Of a DNA stretch of 64,000 nt, positions 24,201 to 36,800 are shown piece after piece. The notes beneath the pieces were generated by a model, which was given only the letters and a program-made list of their open reading frames with translations, searched no databases and was not told where the DNA came from. The translations under genes and the position numbers were made by a program. Numbering within the stretch: position 1 is the first letter of the stretch; each line of letters starts with the position of its first letter. Origin of the DNA: Amoebophrya sp. A120 (Eukaryota; Protista; Dinoflagellata); NCBI GenBank assembly GCA_905178155.1, contig CAJINV010000001.1, positions 220,344 through 284,343 on the forward strand, read 5' to 3'.

Positions 24201-26129
24201 TCAGACTCTATTGTAACGTTTGAGATTGTAACACCTGAGCGGGTTATAGAACATGCCCAGGGGAGCCGCCGAACCGTGGATTTTACTAAAGTACTTCGCG
24301 ATCTTTTTCTCGGAGCTCGACAGCTTCGCGCGGGCTTTCTCGAAAGGAAAGTACGCCTTCAAGGCGGGGTCCGTCAAGGTTAACAAGTAGGCTTGGGTTT
24401 CGATGACCGCCGTCACCACGAAGCAAAAGCTGGGAACCACGAGCCAAAACCCGCGCGCGAACAGTTCTTGCGTGAAAGCGAGCTTGGGTAGCCCGGGATC
24501 TCCCAGGTAGCTGTCTGGTAATTTTTCGCTCTGCGGCGTGCTGCGCCACGGACACCAGGACTCGTAGACCTCGAACGTGTAGGCGGAGAGCAAGGTGCTG
24601 ATCATGTACAGAACCAGTGCCAGGGTCCAAATTTTCCCCGCCGCGCTGCTTTGGTTATGCGTCACGCAAGAGAGGGTACCCCGGATTTCGAAATCGTAGG
24701 GCAACACCTCCTCAAGCACCTCCACGACCTCAAAGTCGCGGCCTTCTCTCCCCGAGTCAACATTCTTATCGGCTGCTATACGACCTGGCAGATGACCGGT
24801 TCCGTTGGCGGCGGGTCCTGCATTTTTACCATGGTTATTTTCTTCACCGATATAATTTTTTCGAATCGCATCCTCGACACTGGCTCCCCCTGCACCCCCG
24901 CCGTCGTAGTCCATCCAGCTGGCACGAGAGGCAGCTTGTTCGCTGTCAAAATCTAGAAGGTGTACAACGGCAGCCCCGCCGGCTTCATCGACTTGGACTT
25001 TGTTTCTTTCCTCCTCCTCTACTTCCAAAATCGGAACAAGCACAACATCGGTAGTATCGTGAAGACCACGACTCTTTCGGTAGCGCCGTTTTACTTTCTT
25101 CGGGCACATCACCTGCCGCCAGGGCAGGATGGTGCCTAACACAACAAACACGAAACCCGTAAACAGCAACTGGAAAGCGAACATCGCGGCTTTCCGCGAG
25201 TCGCCGAGTAGCAAGAGCAGCGCGAATTCTATCAGGATCCAAGTGACCGCACCACAAAACCGAATGCGGCCCATCAGGCCGATGAGGAACTCATCAATAT
25301 ATATCTTCATATGCGCGAGTGCTTCCTGCAGAGTTTTTTGTTCCTGTTTCAATTCGGCATGTTCTGCCTGTAGGCCAACGATCTTCTGCTCCAGAGAGTC
25401 CAGCCGCTGCAGAATCGCGTCCTCTTCGCGAGTCGTAGTTGAAGAAAAAGAGGCGGCTGCAGGTCGTACGTCCTTTTGTTCCTTCACGACGGGGGACATT
25501 TCTGTTTGATCCCTTTGCTTTTCTTTAACATCATCCGGAGCCGATTGATATCGTCCCACTTCTTGTTGTCCTCTATCGTTCCCATCTGGAGCTAGCTGGT
25601 TTGATATTGATGCCTTTTCACCGGTCGCGTGCTCGTCGAGAGGCAGTCTCTCTTCCTCCTGCCCGTGCCCCTGCAGCGGAAGCTGCTTCTCCTGCAGCGG
25701 CGTAGTGTCCTCGCTGCTTTTAGCGCTTGGACTTGAGGGGATTGTGGTTTCAGCACGACCCCCGTGCCGCGCTGCGTCGCTTTTTGTTATTATTTCCTCT
25801 TCGTCTTCTTGAGTTTCCTGTTCGTAATGATCGTGATCTATTTCGGCGTATGAGGATTCTGGCTCGGGTACTTCGGGTGAGAATTCCCCGTCTTGGTCAA
25901 TCGCGGTTGTGCTATCGCTACCTCTTGCTCTTGCGCCATTCGCACTGTTTTTCCTGTCATTTTCATCGTCCAAGTCCAAGTGGTCCAACCGTGGGTGAAC
26001 TTCTCGCTGCGACTCTTTGTACGCGTGCGAGAAGCAAAGCCCAAAATTACCTGCTCCTCGTCGTCGCTTGTCGTGGCACAACAAAGAAGCACCAAGACAC
26101 AGGTGAAGTGCCCACGCGCGAAACCTCAT
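24201..26129 (-). CDS. membrane protein paralog C, signal peptide, 3'-truncated at a broken TIR element
   Basis: 642-aa ORF highly similar to paralog B; homology stops at IHGSAAPLGMF, where TATAACC...ctcaaacgttaca (group E-like end, 24248) begins. Confidence 0.8.
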   Translation of the reverse strand: MRFRAWALHLCLGASLLCHDKRRRGAGNFGLCFSHAYKESQREVHPRLDHLDLDDENDRKNSANGARARGSDSTTAIDQDGEFSPEVPEPESSYAEIDHDHYEQETQEDEEEIITKSDAARHGGRAETTIPSSPSAKSSEDTTPLQEKQLPLQGHGQEEERLPLDEHATGEKASISNQLAPDGNDRGQQEVGRYQSAPDDVKEKQRDQTEMSPVVKEQKDVRPAAASFSSTTTREEDAILQRLDSLEQKIVGLQAEHAELKQEQKTLQEALAHMKIYIDEFLIGLMGRIRFCGAVTWILIEFALLLLLGDSRKAAMFAFQLLFTGFVFVVLGTILPWRQVMCPKKVKRRYRKSRGLHDTTDVVLVPILEVEEEERNKVQVDEAGGAAVVHLLDFDSEQAASRASWMDYDGGGAGGASVEDAIRKNYIGEENNHGKNAGPAANGTGHLPGRIAADKNVDSGREGRDFEVVEVLEEVLPYDFEIRGTLSCVTHNQSSAAGKIWTLALVLYMISTLLSAYTFEVYESWCPWRSTPQSEKLPDSYLGDPGLPKLAFTQELFARGFWLVVPSFCFVVTAVIETQAYLLTLTDPALKAYFPFEKARAKLSSSEKKIAKYFSKIHGSAAPLGMFYNPLRCYNLKRYNRV

Positions 26130-26687
26130 GATTGCGGTTTTTATCGCTTAGCAGTGACAACCAAGTAACAGAATCACATACTCAGCGAAGGAAGGTAAGC
26201 ACGTTTTTACACGACGTTGCCCGAGTTACGGTAAGGCAGAACTGTTAATCACTCAACAAGGTGAAGAAACCAATTCCAATACAACGTTGTTGCAATACCA
26301 GTGTAGAAGAACAGAAATGATGTGTGGTGGCAGTGCGTCCCGCAATCAAGTTTTCCGCACGCAATTTTGCTTTTCTTTTGTCTTTTACAAATTTGGATTG
26401 AGAATGCGAAAGCGAAACGTAAAAAACTGAATCAATGACTAGACTAAAGTAAACTACTGTGCCAGGACTACTTACAAATCGTCCATGGATTATCAGACCA
26501 TTATCTTGCGAGGAAACATGATCAAGAACTTCATTCTCATTTGTTTCAGTACGCCAGAATATGTTTATGATCACACACGCACAAAAATGTGCATCTAGCG
26601 ACCATTCTTGATGCCGTCGGCAGCTGCCTTCTTCTTCCGCCTGCTATTCACGCCCTCGTCAGAATCGAAAAAATCCTCCCGGGCCTT

Positions 26688-29600
26688 CTAGCTCGTTGTG
26701 GGGGCCGCTCCAGCACCTTCTCCCGGTGTAGAAGTTGGAGCAGCAGTAGGGTGCACTTCGGCCCGATGCCACTTGTTATCGCGGTCCAGCGTCCCCGGGC
26801 CTTCGTGTTCTTTGAAGCGCACCTCAATTGCCGGCGCGTGCGGATCCAGTAAAATGGTAGCCAGGCAGTTGCCGTCCGGCCGCAACAAGATGGGGTCCAA
26901 AAAAGCCTCCTTAGCCGCCTCCTGCACGTCCGCGACACCGCTATTAACGGAGGGCTGCACCTGATCGCGCCCGGCTTTTATCGTGTGAAACAATGTCAAC
27001 TAGCGACTGTAGTGGAGCCTATGTTTGCTTTTGATTTTGTTTTGCAATGACGGTATTGTGCAAGGGATGTGGTACTTATTTCCTTTTGTGATTATGCTAG
27101 ACCTGGACGAGTAGAGACGGAATCATCATTATGTCAAATTTGTAATATGCCTGAAAGTACTCATGTCATCACAACCACACTATCATCGCTAGAGATAAGT
27201 TTGTCGTCCCACATAGCTTTTCGGCATCGCTGGAGCCGTTGCGGACTGGACTGCACCCGCATCAGGTCGCGGGCGATCAGCTCCGGGCACTCCGAAAACT
27301 GGTTCGCATGCGCGCAGAAATCGTCTTGCGACACATCCCGCACAAAAACCTGCTGCCCTGGCGCAACTTCCACGATTATGGACTTGCTTAAGACGAGCTG
27401 TGACAGCGTCTTCAGTTCATTGACAAGGAGAGCTGCTGTGTGCTGTCGCATGAACGACAGCAAAAGCAGCAGCAGGGCCGCGTGTGATATCACACCGACA
27501 CCACCAACACTGCAGGTTGGTTCTGCATAAAAGTCACACCGACAGACTTAGCATTAACTTTGATTTTGGCTGCATAACTCCAATGAAGCTTGGTCTTGCT
27601 CGACGTTAAGGAACATATAAATATATATATTAGATTAGCCTCCACCTCCTTGTCAACACGTCAGTTCACAACTGATCTATTCACAGCTGAGTCCTCATCT
27701 GTCATACCAATGTACCGCGTTTTCTTGTCCGAGACGAACCAAGAATTTGGCACCGCCAAACGCTGTTCCTGAAGCCACAAAACGGCTTCTTCCGCCGACT
27801 TTTTCGACAGCATTTCCCGCATGGCCACGGTCGTGGGAATCCCGCCGTCGAAGCTGTAGACGGGGGGGAGAAACTGCTCCACTGGGGCGCCTCCTGCGGG
27901 ATCTGGGGCTGGAACTGGATCAACATCTTCTTCGAAGTCGCTAGTTGTAACTAAAGCCGCTGGTGCACCACCAGCGCCGCGTCCTGCTCGTCCATTCTTG
28001 CCGCCGTCCAAAACTACCGCGTGGCTGTGGTCCGACCAGGTGTCGTAGTGGTCCGAGATAAAATTGTCGCTGTCGTAATCGTGCTCCCGGACGGGCGAGA
28101 GCCGGGGCATCATCATTTTCCCACTAGGGGACGTAGAAGTGCCGCCGGGTGTATTGAACAGGAGATCGTCCATCTGGGTCTTGGTCCCTACTACATTCCG
28201 AGACCCGTCGTCCACCGCCATCCAGAGCACGGACACGCCCCACTCGTTGACGCCCATGTACATGGGCAGCCCGGGGTGCACGTAGCGCGCGGAGATGCCA
28301 GGGTACACCACAATCACATCCAGCGCGCCGTTCAGCCACAGCGGCGGCGTCTCGTCGTTGGTCTGAATGCCGTATGAAACTGCACAATTTCCCCTCCACC
28401 TCATTTGTGTTGCATGAACAGCAACACAAGCGCTGGCAAAGATGCAGCTTTTGCATGACAAACTCCTACCTAGATAGAAGATTGTAGTGCTATTTTGGAT
28501 TCCGGAATCTGTCATGCAGACAGTGCTAACAGTCTGCAAAGGGTGGATTTGTAATTTTGCATGACAAATGAGGGGGAGGGGGAGTTGTGCACTTTCATAT
28601 GCCGCAACCGGTGCAGGACTTGGTCTGTTCGGATTTTTTCTCCACGTTATGGAGTTCGCAAATGTTACATTCTCAACGAACTGCTACATAAATTTGTAAT
28701 GCAAGACTGGCAAAAGTGAAAGGAGGAAGGTTGCCGTTGCGCCTTTTGCATTACAATTTTGGCGCAGATTTAGATGCTGTCTAAGTAGCCCTTCCGAAAT
28801 TTGTCATGCGAAGCAGCTCGATCATCTGCCGGCTTAAGGTACTTTTGCATGACAAATTTGTCTAACAGTTATAGAATGTAACGTTTGAGAACGCCATACA
28901 CGTTCTCGACACGGTACAGCACGTCCGGTGGGTCGATGCTGGTCGTTACGCCCGTGTAGCTGTCCTGCGTTTGCTATGAAAGCGGAAATAAGGGAAGTAG
29001 ACGAGAGCTCTATCACGAGCACGTTGTTCTTGCATCTTCGTCTTCCAGGCACAGGGTTTGTCTATATTTTCAACCGCTGTGGTACAGCTACAGGTACAGA
29101 TTTCAACATCCGACAGAGTCAGCCCCGTCTCGCAGGAATGGACCCGCAAGCGCTGCTTGTTGTTATCTTTGTACTCAAAAGAAAAAATGCAAATGATAGA
29201 CTGATACGTGAAGATAGGGCTTTTTTACTAGTGTCACGCTTTCATATTTCCAACCCAGCGTCCACGTCCAGGCTGTAGTACAGCAAAGTCGAATTTGCGG
29301 CCACATTTACGAATCGAACGCGCGGCTTTTCCTTCTGCACGGGACGCGTCATCAAGGTTCCCGCCACGGTGCTGTGCACGTCATGATAGTGGTCTTGCAC
29401 TTCAAATACAACCTGCGGGGCGCTGCTCGTTGCGGTCGCTGGGTCGTCGGCCGTCGTCGAAGGAGTGGTCGTGAGAGCAGCAGGAGTTCTTGTGGACAAC
29501 TCGCCGTCGCTCTCCTGCTGTTGCGGCGCCGGAGATGAAACTTTACCCGATCTCGCTTCTTCTTCTTCGACTTCACCTCCCTGCCCCATCAACATCAACG

Positions 29601-31758
29601 GAGAATTCTTGTGCAGTTCATGATCGGAAGTAGAAAGCTCTCGGACCACCGGCGTCCCGTCCTCGCCGGCACTGGTCTTGCTCTCGCTTGGACTCGTCAG
29701 GACTCTACTATTTTTAGAAGTGGTGACCCCGCCTGATGCAGCCGCAGTCGTCACACTGTCGGTATCATCCGGGGCAGCTTGCTCAGAAGAAGCCAAATTG
29801 TAATTGATGTTTTCTGAATTATCGTGATGGATCCGTGGCGAAGAAAACGCCGTCGGGCTGCTCATGAAGGTCTCCGGCGCGGAGTGTGACTCTTCCATTT
29901 TTTCGACTTCAAAGGTGACCACTCCGTTCATGGGCGGCACCACCTCCAAGCTAAAGTTCTCATCGGCGTAGGCACGGCAAACCAGACCGGTGCACGCCTT
30001 CGGGCCGGAGATCAACTTGCGGAAAAGTTCCTCTTCTGGGTCTTTGACAGTGTTCTTGCTGAGCTGTGGCTGGTGCTGGTGTCGCGGGCTGGTGTACGGC
30101 TTGCGACTGCTAGTACTGTGGGAAGTAGATGAAAAGCTGCGAGTTTGATGTAGTTCTTCTGTGTCAAGAAGCAAACGCGGATGCGGATCTTGGGCATCAT
30201 ATTGTCCTCTGTAGATGGAGTCCTGTGCTGGTATTGTTATTCTTTGTTCATCTTGTCCTCCCTCCTCCTGTAAGCGCTCCACGGCGCGGTTAATCAGCAG
30301 CTCTTTGCTCTTCCCCCTGCCAGAAGACGGAGGTGTGTGAACACGAGTAGAACTGCTGTCGATTACACGACGAGAGCGGGACCGCTGCCGTAAGTCGGCG
30401 GGCTGGGGCTGGGGCTCCGGCGCTTGTCCGCCGCCCGGTCCTGTCGTTACTGCGGCCAGATGGTGCTGTGAGAGGTCGACCACCTCCTCGTTTCCCACCG
30501 ACCCGTCTGCGACGGTGTAGGACCGGCCGCTGACCACGGACGCCGATCCCGAGAAACCGCCGGCGCCCCCGCTGACCACGGACGACGCCGATCCAGAGAA
30601 ACCGCCGGCGCCCGGCGTGCGCGAGCTGCTCCGGGACACTGCGTAGGAATTCCGGAACTTCCGCCGGTCGCAAAAGGTCATGCTCGCCTCGTACTCGCAG
30701 GCCATCATGAACAGCATGGATTCTGTCATGTCGTGCAAATCCGCGCTGCCCTTCGCGATGCTGACAATCTCGTTGTACGCATTGGGGCACTTTTGCTCCA
30801 TCATGGCCTTCACGTCCATCGCGTACTCATACCAGTCGTCCACGGCATCAAAGTACTGGTACAGCTGCTTTTTATGCAATAGCAATTGGCAAAAGCATCG
30901 TGCTTGTGGAAGTTGCATCACATCAAAATTCTCCAAAAAAACGAAATTTCTGATGCAGTTTCAGGCCAAGAAACAGACCTGTCATGCGTCGCCGTCGGTG
31001 CAGTTACAACTTAGTGGCCACGATACAAGTACAACGAACTTTTGCACATCAATGGGATACTTTTTGAAGTCAAACAAGATTTTCATCCGGTCTCCGCAAA
31101 GTCTCCCGTAAGACTCGGCCATTTCCGCCTCGGTCTGCCCCTCGCAGTGAAACACCCGCTGGATCTTCTTGGGGTCTAGAACGTCCCAGCTGAGTCGTGG
31201 TAAATCCACGGGCAGGTGGTCCACTGGATTAATAGGAAGTTTGGTTCTCATAAGGAGCCGTGCGGCGGCTGCGGCATCTGGTGCTTCCTTGAGGCCAAGG
31301 TTCATCAATCCGCCGGAGGTTGTGTGAGGCGGGGGCAGTGGTTGTACAATGTCTGTCAGAGGCGATGGCGGCGCAGCTTCACCTCCGGGGCTCGATGGAG
31401 CCGGAACGACTTCTGAAGTGGTCCAACGATCGAGTTCCTTCACACTGGTACTTCTCCTTGGTGTGGACGATTTTTCAGACGAGGTGGCTGCTGCTGTAGC
31501 AGTCACTACAGCGTTGTTCCAGAAGGCAGTAGCCAGTTCGAGATCAATCTGCTGGCGCAAGATCGCAATCCGCTTGCTTTCTCTTTCTAAGGCTTCTGAA
31601 ACAGTCAGAGAAGTAGTTCTTGTGCCGCTGGCGTCGTCTTCTTCTTCCGCTTTTGATTTTCGTGGCGGCGGAGAAAACTCCGTCAAGGGAGGTACAGGAA
31701 CACCTCCAGCACGAGCCAAGTTTGGAGCAGCCGGAGCTACTACATCTTCGTGGCTCAT
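26688..31758 (-). CDS. peptidase C45 / acyl-CoA:6-APA acyltransferase-like Ntn hydrolase with long low-complexity inserts
   Basis: KACTGL (candidate Cys nucleophile), GIQTND, MGVNEWGVSV, GIPTTVAMREML..SAEEAV, VEVAP, AHANQF, SSPQRLQR; five TIR elements; last junction near 27.0-27.2 kb unresolved. Confidence 0.75.
27377..27706. mobile_element. TIR intron element, highly degenerate (group K)
   Basis: tatg...gacgagctgtga / tcacagctgagtc...cata; DR acgat/ccaat; join KTRY|IVEVAP. Confidence 0.6.
28373..28599. mobile_element. TIR intron element, group C
   Basis: DR tgccg/tgccg. Confidence 0.93.
28648..28898. mobile_element. TIR intron element, group E
   Basis: DR cacgt/cacgt; interior inverted relative to 22535-22766. 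Confidence 0.93.
28975..29246. mobile_element. minimal TIR intron element (10-bp TIR, H-like)
   Basis: tatgaaagcg / cgctttcata; DR tttgc/tttcc; join GLE|TQDSY. Confidence 0.75.
30873..31059. mobile_element. TIR intron element, group D (degenerate)
   Basis: DR ctttt/ctttt; join DFKK|QLYQY. Confidence 0.85.
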
Positions 31759-33823
31759 CTTTTGGCGCAGCTGCTGTTCAGTTCGTAGTACCTCCTGGTG
31801 AAAGAACTAGGTGGACTACGTTTGAAGAGGCCCTGCTCGTCTCCACATGCCCGCGCTCTGGACAACCGTGCGCGTCGGTCGACAGATCATCAAACTCTTC
31901 GCTTTCTGTATTTTGATTTTCATTTTACGTATGCTTAGTCTTGCCCGGGTTTGCGAAACCACGAGGCCGTAGGACTTGAGGCCGCGAAGCGTGCACAAGA
32001 TCCATTCAGCGTGTGTGTTCGTTGAGTGATGTCCTCAAGAATACGGTGGGGGCAAAAAGTTGCGGTGATAGGTGGTATCTACAACTAGAACTACAGTTAC
32101 ACAAAAGCGCGAAAAGAAAAACTGCAGAACGATAGCGATTTGTTTTATATTAGATTTCTCTATCTACTATTCTACACAGGACAAAACCCAAAACGCGGCC
32201 CTGTCTCACTTCCAACAACATTTGAGACAGACGGGCCCGGGGCAATATTGGAGCTTGGCACATCCTCCTTTCGACTTTAACCGTGGTTCTTTGCGCGTAA
32301 ACAGCATCACGAAATATCAATATGAATATCTTATGCACGAGCAAAATGCAAAAAAAATTAGTTTTTCAAAAAAGGGTCCTCCGTAAGTAGAACCTAAAAC
32401 TGATCGGCGTCGAAAAGCACAGGAGGCCCTGGCAGATCAAACTCATCGATGCACGAGCTGGATTTCTGACAAAATGTACTTGCACCGAATCCGGGATGAT
32501 GTCAGAGCCTCTGAAGATCCTTGGACCAGAAATGACTGTTTCAGTATCTCCAGTGAACTAGTTGCTTCCCTTCGTTCATCCGACTAACCGAAGCAAGTTT
32601 AAGTTTATTTTTTTGTTCGAGTTTTGTTCCTCTTCTTTCGGTCTGTGCGAATGCGAAACAATGATTGATGGCCAATAGAAACTCATCAAGTGATGCACCG
32701 ACACTGTCACCGAGTTTGTCAAAGCTCGTGCACGGCACGACCGATTATAGCGAAGCGCCGGAACAAGGTTCCTTTTGTCTCCTTGGCCACCGACTTGACT
32801 AGTAGAAAATAAGTTGCCAGCATCAAAAAGCTGCGGGCCAATTTCCCCTTGCCCTTTTTCTTGCTTTTTATCTTGTTTATTCCTGAAACCATTTTCTTTT
32901 CAGCACATTTCTGCGAAAATTACAAAAACCTGTGCACGAGTTTTTCTTTTTGTTTCCGCGTATGATGCTGCCCTTCTGCTCTACTCGGCCATAGGAAAGA
33001 AGAGGCTTTCGCTTCCTTCGCCCCATGAGGCTTGGTAGCATTTTTGCGCTTAAAATTGCATCACTCGTCTGCATCATGCGGTACGGTTGTTGCTCAAAAT
33101 GTGGAAATCTGAAAGGCTGAAATGGTTACAATGTACACAAAATTTTGTCTTATGCTATCGCTAGATTTGAAGCATGAGTTACAAAAATCTCACTCCGCAT
33201 TAGTACAGAAGTTTCTTGGAAGAGCAGCGGAGTTGAATGCACGCGAAACTTCGTCTACAAGTGTTTTGTATAGATTTAGATACAATTTGAACAGTTCATA
33301 CAGATTGGAAATAAAACAGCAAATAAAAATTGATGTACATTTGAAAACATGAGGTCCTACTACTGTATCCGTCTCTCCAACAGCAGCATACTTTTTAGTA
33401 CAGAAATTATGTTATGCGACGTAGTAAAATCGATTTAGCAAGTGAGGGGTACAAATAACCACGTATCGAAAATGCATGTTAGTCACGCTTATCCCTTTCT
33501 ACGTTTGCTACTCGTTTTGAAACATGTTTTTGCCCCGTATTTTTTTTTCCCGTTTGCAAACCACCAGCCTACTCCTGAGGCTTAGAGAAACTGGTAGCTG
33601 CGCTCAAACATAAGTAGTACCTCTTCCCGTGATGATCGTCAATTGAATTAAAGTATTACTGTGGACCATATCGAAATCCCCACCTTCACAAGGGCATCAC
33701 AGTGATAAATTGTGGTTTGAATCATGAGCCTCCCGCGTGGTCGAAAATTCAACACCACGAGAAAAATTCAGCTCATATAGAAGTCAGTACCCTCGCATCA
33801 TCTACTCAGGTAATAGTTTTCTT

Positions 33824-36800
33824 CTATTTATTCTTGGGCATCCATCCCGGATTGCCCTCGGGAGAGTACTGCTTGAGAAACGGTGCGAAGGTGAGCGCCG
33901 TGACGGCGGACAGCTTCTATCAAAGCGAAAAATCCCCCCACCCCATACCTAAACTAGAAATTTGTGATGCAGATTTGTGGCCACAAATCAGCTTTGTCAT
34001 GCTAGAAGGGAAAAGATGCGGACTGTAGTGCTGGTTGGCGTGGGAAAGCCTTGCATCTTCAGCATGACAGGGGGCAGCTGGAGGAGGGAAACAGCATGAC
34101 AAATTGCCTGCAAAGGAGGCCACAGCTGCGTCTCTTGGTCTTCTAGGATTACAAGTCGATTTGTGTACTCAAATACAGCATCACAAATTTCGTTTTCGAT
34201 ATGGGGAGGGGGGATTTTTCCTTTTGATAGCTTCATGAAGATGTTGAGCGCCGGGCCACTGGTGTCCTTCAACGGATCCCCCAGGGTGTCGCCCACCACG
34301 GCGTTCTTGTGCGTCTGGGAACCCTTCATGCGACCCGGGCCGATGCCACCCGCCTCGATGTACTTCTTCGCGTTGTCGTACGCCCCTCCACTGTTGGACA
34401 TGGACACCGCGAGTAACAACGCGGTCAAAAGCACCCCCATCAACAGCCCGCAGGTGAAGTTGGTGCCGAACATCAGGCCCCCGATCAGAGGGGAAAATAC
34501 CACCATCAGTGCCGGCACGATCATCTCCTTCAACGAGGCGCGCGTGCTGATCGTGATGCAGCGCTCGTAGTCCGGGGCGGCGCCCTCGTTCACAATCTTC
34601 GGAAACTGCTCCAGGCACTCGGCCAGCATCTCCTGGGCCGCGTGCGCCACGCTGGTCATCAGTAATGCGCCAAAGATGAAGGGGAGCATGCTGCCGAGGA
34701 AGAGACCAAGCAACACGAACTGGTTCAGCACCTCCAAACGGAAATCCTTGGTGTCGCCCTCGTGGGCCGCAAGCAAAAACGCGAAGAACAGCGCCATGCC
34801 GACCAGCGCGGCCGAGCCCACGGCGAAGCCCTTACCGATGGCCGCGGTGGTGTTGCCCGCCGCGTCCAGGCAGTCGGTGCGCTGCCGGACGTGGTTCCCC
34901 AGCCCGCTCATCTCCGCGATGCCGCCGGCGTTGTCCGCGATCGGGCCGTATGCGTCAATGGTCAAACCGATAGACAGGGTGGAAAGCATCCCCAGACCGG
35001 CCATCGCAATGCCGAAGGGGCCGGCCATCAGAAGACTGCCGACGATGGTGCCGGCGATCAGCAGCACGGGTACGGCAGTAGACTTCATACCCAGCGCAGT
35101 GCCCAGAATCAAACCGGTGGAAGCGGACCTGGAGTGGTTTCATGGTACTTTTAGTTTTCGCGTGCTTTGTCAGCCTTGCAGAGGCAAACAACAACAGGCT
35201 GTGGCATGCTCGTGGGTAAAAATATTAAGCTAGAAGCTTTCTTAATTATTCATTCCTGTTGTCGTAAGGCACAACTTGCCCCTCAGCTCGACACTCTTAT
35301 CCGATGGAGAAATGTTAGTACTAGAATTAGAAACGACAAAGCTATAGAATTTGTACTGTTGGTAAGCGGCCGCGGTTTCGCGGACTGGGTGATAGCTGTG
35401 CGAGGTGTAGTATTCCGTGATCAAGCCGATCAAAAAGCCGCTGATCAAGCCAATGATGACGCAGCCGGAGATCTGGAGGTCGGTGGTCGGGACCGGCTCG
35501 GACCCCTGTTTCCGGATCAAGAACTGCGCCGGGAGCGCGGTGTGCCCCACGACGAAGACGAAAACAACCTCGAACCCGGTGGCGATCAGCAGCAACCACT
35601 TGAGTCGGGGCTCCACCATCTCGAACTTGGTGACCTTCGGCAGCAAAAAGTTCACGCCGATGGTGAGAAGCCCGGCGAGGATTCCGCTCGCGGAAACCAG
35701 CAAAGGGTACAGCGAGGCGGACACGTCACCGACAAACAGAGTGTTCTCCGCGGCGCCGGACACGTTGGTCGCGAACTTGTACCAGATGTAGCAGGCGGCG
35801 GCGCTGCTCTCGGCAAAACTCCCGAACAAGTCCGCACCCATACCGGCAATGTCACCGACGTTGTCGCCCACGTTGTCCGCAATACAGGCAGGGTTGCGCG
35901 GATCGTCCTCGTCCATGCCGTACTCGTTTTTACCTAATTTTTTTTGAGTTTTTTTTTTTGGAATAAACACTTGAATGTTACGGAGGTTGCAGGGCCGAAA
36001 CGCAGCACGACGGCTTTCGGATTAGAGCAGTCATTTGTAGTTTCAGTAGTTTCACATTCACTCGTCCTGCTTTTTCATCTACTACTAACTTGCATTGCTG
36101 TATGCTTAAGGATCATATACGAGCAGCACATATCAAAAAGGATCTTCACTAAGCGTAGGGACAACAAGGGGTGAACTGAATGGAGAACTGCATCTGAAAC
36201 AAGACCACTGGTGTATCAAGTACCGCTCAAGTCCGCGCCTACGTCGGCCGCCTTGGTGTAGATTCCGCCGCCCACCCTTGCGAATAAAGCCACGAGACTG
36301 GCGCCCAAGCCGAACCCGCACAAGGCGTGCGCCAGGTCCGCGTGGGGCTCGGAGGCGGCCGAGCGGCTGAGGATGACGTCGAGCAGCAGCCAGGTGATCA
36401 GAAAGGCGCCCACGCCCATGCTGGTAAGGAGAAAACCCATGACCGACCCGGAGAGCAACGCCATGTCGAAGCCCTCGTGCAGCGAAGACCAGCACTGGTA
36501 GCAGGTGCGCACGTTGGCCTTGGAGGCGATCATCATTCCCAGGTAGGCCGCCGCGATGGAGGTGCCGGACCCCATGATAAAAGCCAGCACCGTCGGTCCG
36601 GACCGGAGCCCGACGCCGATCAGGATGGCGGCCAGCGCGAGGAAGGGCAGCATCACCAGCGTCTCCGCCTTCATGAACGCGTGCGCGCCGTCCTGGATGG
36701 CCGAGGCCACCATGATCATCTGGTCCGTCATTTTCTTGTAGTCGTCCACGTCTTCCTCGGGTTGGATCAGCGTGGTCTATCAAATGCAAAAATGTCTGGG

